Shown here piece after piece: positions 55,001 through 64,000 of a stretch of 64,000 bases of DNA. Source of the DNA: Malacoraja senta. Lineage: Eukaryota. The position numbers and the translations under genes were made by a program. The notes beneath the pieces are model-generated. The model was not told the origin of the DNA. It worked only from the letters and a program-made list of their open reading frames with translations, and made no database searches. The DNA lies in contig CM075989.1 in the NCBI GenBank assembly GCA_038087875.1, positions 12,340,001-12,404,000 of the forward strand, written 5' to 3'. Position 1 is the first letter of the stretch; each line of letters starts with the position of its first letter.

Positions 55001-55104
55001 TGACGCGGCGGCTCCACCAGCTGCACAACTACTTTACAAAGTTTTTCCTAATTTACATCAATGATGTAAGATAACTTCACTTTCAATCATTTTTGGGTGA
55101 CTTG

Positions 55105-55335
55105 TAGCGTCGAAAGACGCGCTAAAGTTGAAAATGTCGCAGCAGACTCAACGCCTCGCGCAGTTCGAGGCTGAAGTGACACGTGGTGGCCGGCAGCGCG
55201 TGCGCACGTGGGCGGCGGGGCGGGCGGGGGGGGGGGGGGCGGGGCGGGGCGGGGCGGGGGAGAAGGAGGACGTCACGTGGTATCTCCACGCTCACGCGCT
55301 GCGTCCGTTGGTCTTTCCACGAGCGCGGGGGGTGT
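55105..55335. promoter_or_regulatory. CpG-island promoter-like cluster of E-boxes and GC boxes
   Basis: CACGTG at ~55160, 55205 and 55274; CACGCG and CACGAG variants; tandem GGGGCGGGG. Confidence 0.55.
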
Positions 55336-57039
55336 CAGATAGTCCCAACTACTCCCCCCCCCGGCCCCTTCCCTCTCCCCCCCCACCTCGGATCCTGGCC
55401 TAGACAACCCCCCACTGCCGACCCCGTACCCCGACCCCTGTTCTCTCCTCCCAACCCCGGAACTCCACTCCACCCCCTCCCATCCCCGGCCCCCTTACCC
55501 CACCCTCCCCCTCCCATCCCCGGCCCTCTTCCCTCACAACCCCGGCCCCTGCCCTTTCCCCCCCACAAACCCATACCTTGAGCTTCACAAACCCGGCCAA
55601 CAACGCAGCGGTATGAATATTGATTTCTCTAACTTCAAGTAACCAGTGCTTTCCCTCTCTCTCCATCCCTCACCCACCCTAGTTCTCCGACTGGTTTCAA
55701 TGTCCTGATTAATTTTACTGTTTGTATGTCTCGTAGTCAGCTTCCCCACATCCAACAATGAACCATTCTACATTTTCTTGAACATTGTCTGCTTCGATCT
55801 GTTCTTTTCACACCTTACATGTTCTATGTACCTTCCATATCTCTAGTTTCCCTCTCCCCCGACTCTCAGTCTGAAGAATGATCTCGACCCAGAAACGTCA
55901 CGCATTCTGTCCAGAAATGCTGCCTGTCACGCGGCCTTACTCCAAAAATCGGTGTCCAACCTCATCCCAGGTTCCTCTCCCTTACCCATTCCTCACCCTT
56001 AATCAACAAAAGTTTCACCTGGTAAACACAAAATGCTGGAGTAACTCAGCGGGACAGGCAGCATCTCTGGAGAGAAGGAATGGGTGACGTTTCGGGTTGA
56101 GACCCTTCAGACTCGACCCGAAATGTCACCCATTCTTTCTCTCCAGAGATGCTTCCTGTACCGCTGAGTTACTTCAGCATTTGGTGTCTACCTTCCATTT
56201 AAACCAGCATCTGCGGTTCTTTCCTATACAACAGTTTCACCTGACCGCAGATTCCAGTCCTCTCATGCCTGGTCTTCGTTCCTCAGCCAGGCACTGCTCT
56301 CCACCCTCTCCTTTCCCCGGACACACTAAGGCACACATCGCGCCACCCCAAGGTTCTGTGCCCAGTGACCCCCCCATCCCCCCCCCGGTTTGGAGTTTAT
56401 CCAGTGTGGGCTCCCCGTATCGCCTTTTCCCCACCCACCACCCTCCCCTCTTCCATAAGTTATAGGAGCAGAATTAGGCCATTCGGCCCATCAAGTCTCC
56501 ACCATTCAATCATGGCGGATCTATCTTTCCCTCTCAACCCCATTCTCCTGCCTTCTCCCCATAACCCCTGACACCCGTACTAATCAAGAAACTGTCATTC
56601 TGAGCCTTAAAAATACGTTATAGTAGAATTAGGCCATTCGGCCAATCCCCACGTGCCAGTCCCCCACCCCGCCTCTTCAACCCTCGCCTCCCCCTCCATT
56701 TACCCCCATGCCTCTTCCCCACCCACCCCATTGCCTCTTCCCCACCCACCCCTCTCCTTCACCTGTTCCCCACCCACCCCATTGCCTCTTCCCCACCCGT
56801 CCTACCTCTTCCCCACCCACCTCGCCACTTAGCCATCCACTCCACCTCGCCTTTTCCTCGCCCCCCACCCCTCATCTCTTTCCCATCCCTCGCGCTGCCC
56901 TCCCGCACAAGGTGCCCAACTGTAAAATGGCACCAAACAGGAGCGAGTGGAGGCGGCCAGCCAGGTCAATGATTGCCTCCCGCAGGTGACTCAGACTGCG
57001 CCCAGATTCGACATCGTGCACAGTGCTCGTGTAGTGGGG

Positions 57040-57530
57040 TGTTCTCCTCCGGTACCCCTGGCTGATGACAACTAGGTACTGCATTCGCCCCCTGTTTGTA
57101 AATAGTCTTGACTCCGTCCAAGGACCCCGAGGCGAGACCAACTGCAGGCTCGGCGATCGTTTCGCTGAACACCACCGCTCAGTCTGCCTGGACCTACGCG
57201 ATCTCCCAGTTGCTAAACACCAACTCCCCTTCCCATTCCCGCACTGACCTTTCCGTCCTGGACCACCCCCACTGTCAGAGTGAGGCCCAATGTAAATTGG
57301 CTGAACAGCACCTCATATTTCGCTTGGGCAGTTCACAACCCAATGGTACGAATATTAATTTCTCACTTCAAGTAACCATTGCTTTCCCTCTCTGTCTGTC
57401 CCTCCCCATCTTACTTCTCCGACTAGTTTCACTGCCCTCCTGATTAATTTTACTGATTGTGTGCCTCGTTGTCAACTTCCCCTCAGCCAACTATGAACCA
57501 TTGTACATTTCCTTAAGCATCATTTACTTT
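57040..57530 (+). mobile_element. Penelope-like GIY-YIG endonuclease fragment
   Basis: YCIR...GETNCRLGDRFAEH and KLAEQHLIFRLGS.QP.G.NI.F. Confidence 0.75.
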
Positions 57531-58401
57531 GACACCGGTTTGGAGACGTTATTTATGCCGACACTGCATGAGATTGCATAATAAGCCGTCTAAATTGAAT
57601 TGTTTGGTTTAAAAAAACTTATATTTTGTACTGGTATTCTGTTCCATTTTAAGTTAATTAACTTCAGAACCAGAACAACTCTGTCGAAGACGGTCGGCAT
57701 CTGCGGTTTCATGGATCTATTGAGCTCAGGTCAATGAAATCCACTGCACATCGTCACCGCTGCAACTTTCAGAATCGGTTTATGGGGGTGGGAGGGTTTT
57801 GGCCTGATTGAATTAAAAATCAAGCTATTTTACGAATTGACTGCTCAGGAATTCGCTGTGGTCAAGTATTATTATTGAAATGTCCGTGACCGTGCACATT
57901 AACGTTGCAAATTGGAAGTCTGCCATTCTTCACTTTCGTTTTCATTGAAACCACTATTTAAATTTTCGGGAATTATCAATCGAGGGTTGTTAATTTAACT
58001 TAAACGACGAGCCAGCCAGGAATAGAGTTGTTTGCCAGGAGTTTAGGTTTTTTTTTTGATGTGTCAAAAATAGCAAGTAATTTTGGCACAATGAAAGGAA
58101 AGTAGAAAGTGAACTATGTGTAGAAAGAAAAATGTGTGGGACGATGATTGCTTTATGATTTTCTTGTGTTATTTATTTCTTGTATATTGGTGGTGAGCTA
58201 GCGCATCATCACACAAGTTTATTACTTAATTCCACTGGTGAATTAGTAGTTAAGAGAAGCAGCATGGGGAAGTTAAAGGGCAGTCGTTCGTGTGAGGCCA
58301 GGTCAGTTTCAATTGAATTCAAAAGACGAAGAACAATGCGGAAGATTTAAAAAAAAAAAACGCCTAGCACGAAGCCAGGTTGGTTTCTGGAGCGAGTGAG
58401 C

Positions 58402-60013
58402 AACTCGGAGGAAATGCAGCGCGGGAGATTGAAACGGCAGCTGTTAATCTCTGGGAATGACTGCTCCTCCTGGTATAGGGGGGTTGCACGTAAGGTCACC
58501 GGGTCATAGGGCTTGACGCACGGAGCCGCTCAATCCATCTGGAAGGCATCCGTCACTTCCGGTATATGTTATTAATACAAGAAACACGTACTTTCCTACC
58601 TGTTAAAAACCGCCAAAATGTTGAATTTTTTCGCTGTAAAAAATTGTGGAAGTCGGGGTAAGTGTGAGAGACATGTACCCAACTTCAGAATTCCAATAGT
58701 GAAGCGAAATGACGGTAAAGAGAAGCGAGAGCTGAAGGGACAACAACAGCAAAAGTGCTTGGCGAACATTGGCCGTGCAGATATCGGAATTGGAAATATC
58801 GGGATTTATCGCGTTTGTTCGCTGCATTTAATCAACGGTAAGGCATTATTTTTTTTTCTTTAGTATCTAAAAAGTCTCAGAAGTGGTAAATCTGGTTGTA
58901 AATTTTGCTTCAGAGGCGTTTTATTTTTGTATGTAAAAACCCACGAGAACCAGGGGCGATTATCCCTTCTGAAACTTTTTAGATGCCAAAGGAATCAAGA
59001 AAAAACACAAATAATGCCTTAGTTGATGAAATGCAGTGAGCAAACGGCCAATGTTCGCCAAGCACTCTGGCTGTTGTTGTTCCTTTCAGGTCTCGCTTCT
59101 ATCTACCCTCATTTCTCCTCACTTTTTGAATTCTGAAGTTGGCTAAATGTCTCTCACGCTTATCCCGATTTCCATAATTATTTACAGCGCAAAAATTGAC
59201 CATTTCGGCGGGTTTTAACGGGCCCGCTACGCTGGAAACAATGGTAAGTACCTACCTGCAGTTCATCGCGTGTACTCCACTTGGCGTAGCGTAGCAACAG
59301 TACGGGTCATGGGGTCGTGACCCGACTGCCGTGAAACCTCCCTATATAAAAAGAAGGTACACAAAAATGCTGGAGAAACTCAGCGGGTGCAGCAGCATCT
59401 ATGGAGCGAAGGAAATAGGCAACGTTTCGGCCGAAACCCTTCTTCAGACTGCCTGGTATATAAAAAGAAGGCAGGCATTAGCAGCCACGCTGGCCCTCTC
59501 TCGAAAGGCACAGACCACTGAATCCCACCTCCTGCATCTGATCGTCACAGAGACACCACGACGAGTGCACCTCAAGTCACGGCACCCCTTTTTCCACGCA
59601 AGCCCAAGAGCTGCTCTGCACAACACCGGCTGATGCTTCTAAGGCTGCCTGGATCAAGACGAGATGGAGAGACCAGTGGAAGTCAGCGGAACCATCTAGG
59701 CTACACCATTACATCGATGACCCCATGGACGTCCTTGGCCAGGACCTGCCCCCGAAAGCAGTGGACAACCCTCAACCGCTTGAGGACAGGCATCGGACGC
59801 TATGGAGTAGCGATGAAGAAGTGGGACCTCGTGGACAGCACCTCATGCGAGTGTGGGGACCCAACACAGACAGTGGAGCACATTGTCACCAATTGCCCCA
59901 AACACCGGCCACCGAATGGTGAACGAGGTCTGATTGACCTGGACGAAGACACGTTGGCCTGGCTCGCCTCAACGGAGCTGCAGGTCTAAAAGACACACGA
60001 CAGAAGAAGAAGA
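58402..60013 (+). mobile_element. 5'-truncated Ingi/Vingi-like LINE, interrupted by two insertions
   Basis: C-terminal peptides HLLH...LKSRHPF and WTTLNRLRTG.GR...KW...CECG.PTQTVEHIV.NCP (CCHC); (AGA)n tail; candidate TSD agtgagc at 58395-58401 and 60014-60020. Clade name comes from motif recall. Confidence 0.65.
58477..59343. mobile_element. Foldback non-autonomous DNA transposon with THAP remnants (ISL2EU/Harbinger-group-like)
   Basis: Termini AGGGGGGTTGCACG...CGTGAAACCTCCCT with AT (or TATA) duplication; inverted arms ~58600-58895 and ~58958-59220. Confidence 0.8.
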
Positions 60014-61959
60014 AGTGAGCCGTTTTGGGAGAGGCTGCGCGCCGAGGATAAGTGTTGAGGCTTTGGCTCGATAGGCTTCAGCGAGGGTGCAGAGCAGACA
60101 TAGAAGGCAAAACAATGCAAGGCCTTATTTTCCAGATGACACTGAAATAGATGGTATCATAGACAATGAAGATGTAATTAAAGTGGGATATTGAATAACT
60201 GGACAAGTGGCGAAGGAATGGTAAATGGAGTTTAATTCGGATAGATGTGGGATGTTCTAATTTGGGATGTCAACCCTGGGCTGGACCTTAACAATGAACA
60301 GTAGGGTCCTGTGGAGTGTTATGGAGTAGAGGCATCTGGGAGTACAGATCCATAGTTCCCTGAAAATGGCATGGTAGGTAGACAGGGTAGTGAAGAGGCT
60401 TTAGGCCCTCTGCCCTTTGTCAGTCAGGGAATTGAGAATGGAAGTTGGGATGTTATTTTAGAGTTGTGCAAGATGTCGGTGGCTGCACTTGGAATACTGT
60501 ATCATGCTCAGTTTTGGTCATCCTGCTATAAGAAAGATGCCAGTAAGCTGGATAGGGTATAACAATATGGGCCAGATGCAGGCAAAGTGGACTAGCTTGG
60601 AAAGGGCTTCTTCGTCACCAAGGGCGTATTGGGCTAAAGAGCCCATTTCCGTGCTGTGTGACACTGACTTAAATGTCAGTTCTCTCCAATAGATGAAAAT
60701 GAGCTTGTTTATGTAATTTCAAATTAAATGTTGTGACTAAACAATAAATTATGAAGGGGAGTTGAATATATCTATGGAGTGTAGTTAATAAAACAACATT
60801 ATTGTGTAGCGTATAATCTTTATAGTGTCCTTTGAAGTTCTAAATGGTCTATTTTAATCTTATGCTATGGTATGCATTTGGGTTTGTTTTGCACTACGAA
60901 AACGTCATGATATGAATATAGTTTCATCTGTGGGTACATTTCACATAAATCAATTCATAGGCAATTCTAGCTAATATTATTTGTTTGACATTGATTAAGG
61001 TTTCTGCATCGAATAAAGTTAACAATATTTTGCATAAATTGTAACAGATAAATGAAAAATGTTTAACAAGAATCTCCACCACAAATCAGTAGTACATCTT
61101 TGAGGGAACTGAGTTATTGTCAAATAAAGGGCATTAAGTTAACTCAGATACCAACTGTGTTGCATTCAATAATCCATTTCAGGGAGTAAGTTAGTGCCAC
61201 TTTTAAAAAAGCATTAAAACAGCTATTGTTAACCATTAAATAAATGTTTTTCAGTTTTTCTTTATCTTGTTTTCTCAAACATTAAGCAATGACATTGTCA
61301 TAAAAAGAACTGAACAGATTAGAATTCTGCGCTAAACAGCGCAATCTTTACCGCCATTAAGACAAATTTATTAACTGCCCACACATTGTTCACTGTTACA
61401 TTTTGTTGCAGTCAGTCCTGCTGATTGATATCTTTTGGCTTGTGATGTCTTGATTTTTGTGCAGCATCAGCACAATGTCCACAGATATCCACAATGTGGT
61501 ATAGTTGAATTGGATAGTACACTAGTTTAAGGAAGAACTGTTCCGCAGCCTAATAACGGAGGGGAAGAAGCTGTTCCTGAGTTTGGTAGCGCTTTCAAGC
61601 TTCTGTACCTGCTACTGGGCGGTAGCAGGGAGAAGAAGGAATGACCAGGATTTGGGACAAGTCTTTCATTATGTTCACTGCTTTTCTGAGACGGTGTGAA
61701 GTGTAGATAGATGGAGTCAATGATGGAAAGTCTGGTCTGTGTGATGGACTGTGCTACACCTAGAACTCTCTGCAATTTCTTGAAGTCTTGGACAGAGCTG
61801 TTCCCAAGCCAAGCTGTGATGCAACCTGACATTATGCCTTCTATTATGCCTCTGTCAAAGTATTAAGAGCCATCGGAGACTTGCTCAATTTCCTCAGTCT
61901 CCTCAGGAATTGGAGGCATTGGTGTGCCTTCTTGGCTGTTGCATCAATGTGGTTGGTCA

Positions 61960-62290
61960 ATAGACAATAGGTGCAGGAGTACGCCATTCGGCCCTTCAAT
62001 GTGATCATGGCTGATCATCCCCAATCAGTACCCCATTCCTGCCTTCTCCCCATATCCCCTGACTCCGCTATTTTTTAAGAGCCCTATCTAGCTCTCTCTA
62101 GAAAGCATCCAGAGAACCTGCCTCCACCGCCCTCTGAGGCAGAGAATTCCACAGACTCACCACTCTCTGTGAGAAAAAGTGTTTCCTCATCTCCATTCTA
62201 AATGGCTTACTCTTTATTCTTAAACTGTGGCCTCTGGTTCTGGACTCCCCCAACATCGGGAACATGTTTCCTGCCTCTAGCGTGTCCAAG
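61960..62290 (-). mobile_element. Young CR1 3' end
   Basis: Near-identical to 1720-2080 in reverse (DTLEAGNMFPMLGESRTRGHSL). Confidence 0.9.
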
Positions 62291-63794
62291 CTGTCTGGAT
62301 TTTGGCAATGGAGTTGAGGATGCTGTCCAGATGCTGTCTGGATTTTGGCAATGGAGTTGAGGATGCTGAGGGCCAGGAAATTAGGTTTGCTGTATCTGCC
62401 TCGAGTAACAATGGCTGTATGTGGATTATTGGCACGTGAGCAGTAGGCCCAATTAGTATGAACTTACCCATGAAATACAACCATTGGTACAGTGCAAGGG
62501 ATATCATTGATGCAGAAGAGAACATGTTGCATGGAAAGGGTAAAGAGCTAGAAGTTGTTACAGATTCATTGATATGCAGACAAAAACGGAGGTGCTTCTG
62601 TCAGGGATTCTGAAGAAAGTTGAAAAGCAAGTTCCCAAAGTTGGTAAACTCTTGATTGCTCCCAAAGCCTCACTCATGAGAGTAGAATCACATTATGGTA
62701 GATTAATGTAAGGCTCTGAAAGAACTGCAGCGGACATGATGGCCTGATGGCCTCTTGAGATGTTGTGATTCTATGATTCTGAGGGCTCTTTACTAAATAT
62801 TCTGAACCTTTCAAATGTAACATGGAAAGGTTTTGGTGCCAACATTTTTGGAATACCAATTCAATAGTAATTATTTGTTCTCCGACTTTGCCTATACTTA
62901 AATACAGGTTTGCTTATGTTGAAATTTCCCTGATGATAAGATCAGAATGGAAAGTTCACTTTATGATTAATAATGCTGTATCATCCCCCCCCCTACCCCT
63001 GGGAGACTTACCTCCTGGCATTTATACATGTTTTAGTTTAGTTTCTCTCCTTCAAGGCTAGTTCTTCTGTTTGCCTTTATTTGCTTCAGTTTTATTTAGT
63101 ATTATTTATCACGTTGTGGTTGTAGCTTTTGAATGATTTAAACGTATCGGATTTTTAAAATTCATATAAATTCATAGCGTTGCCTGAATCAGCTATACCT
63201 GCAACTAAAGCTAAGGGTGGATTAGTAAACCTTGAAGTGGCATTGTATGCATGTGGCAATTATGGCTCATGGAATTTTCTCCCACACTACTAGTTATATT
63301 CGTAACTACATATTTAAATACATGAAATGTTCGATCTTTCTCAACCCCTTAAAAAATGCCTGAAGAAGGGACCCGACCTTAAACATCGCCTAGCCATTCC
63401 TTCCATAGATAGACACAAAATGCTGGAGTAACTCAGCGGGTCAGGCAGCATCTCTGGAGAGAAGGAATAGGTGACGCTTTGGGTCAAGACCGTTCTTCAG
63501 ACCCTCCATAGATCCAGCCTGACCTGCTGAGTTCTCCAGCACTTTATGTTTTGCTCTTAAAATAAATCCATGGTCCGTTGAAGAAACAACACGATAGACC
63601 TCTCTGGAAGTGCAAGTTTTGCTGTACACTTCGCACTGTAGAACACATCATAATACACCCTGAATGATTCAATGGGGTTAGATTATTTTTTTAATCTGTT
63701 GTCTAGAATTAACCGATACCTTATATCAGAATTAAATCGGAATTCCGATTTTTTTTGTTTTCCTCTTTGTTAGTTTTTTGTGCCCGATTATTTG

Positions 63795-63980
63795 GCGGCC
63801 AATCGCTGTCCCTAAGGGGGTTGCGTCCAATCACCGACCAGCTTCCTTTATAATTCCCGTCCAATCAACAAATCGGTCTCCTCCCGTCCAATCAGCCGCT
63901 GTCTCTACGGGCATTGTGTCCAATCACATAATACAGTTTTATGGTAATTAGCACCTATGGTAAAGGTTGGAAGCCAATGG
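63795..63980. promoter_or_regulatory. Array of CCAAT (NF-Y-type) boxes
   Basis: CCAAT at 63799, 63827, 63861, 63888, 63920 and 63974, all in the same orientation. Confidence 0.6.
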
Positions 63981-64000
63981 AGGTACTGACCATCAGACGA

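Noticed and set aside
55134..55403. ATG-initiated frame MSQQTQRLAQFEAEV...
   Set aside because: It runs into a poly-G/GC-box tract with no clear donor, so it is better explained as promoter sequence.
62290..62368. 36-bp direct repeat with a short spacer, superficially CRISPR-like
   Set aside because: Only two units, at a CR1 truncation junction in vertebrate DNA; a local duplication.
63005..63035. Minus-strand ATG...MYKCQE followed by a strong GTAAGT donor
   Set aside because: No in-frame downstream exon found; an isolated signal.

Overview
Eukaryotic vertebrate genomic DNA. The CR1/Rex1/Penelope/tRNA-SINE repertoire suggests a cartilaginous fish such as a skate or ray (inference). The window holds a complete 17-exon DIS3L gene on the minus strand (ATG 45834, TAA 3600; 3147 nt CDS, 1048 aa; all GT-AG introns, phases consistent by hand). 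It faces a probable last exon of TIPIN on the plus strand (2502-2734). Introns and flanks are packed with mobile elements, including a Tc1 IR/DR element split by a young L2, a Helitron, a Harbinger-like MITE and several LINE fragments. The best finding is a ~138-bp non-autonomous retroelement (10996-11133) with a target-site duplication and an (AAG)n tail, whose first nucleotide is G1 of an apparently intact minimal HDV/CPEB3-like self-cleaving ribozyme. A candidate Ingi/Vingi-type partner LINE 3' end with a similar tail lies at 58.4-60.0 kb. Other highlights are hammerhead-like cores in Penelope-associated repeats, a foldback transposon with two convergent THAP-domain remnants, and two orphan promoter-like clusters (E-box/GC-box at 55.1-55.3 kb, CCAAT array at 63.8-64.0 kb). 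Family names come from recalled motifs; no database searches were run.
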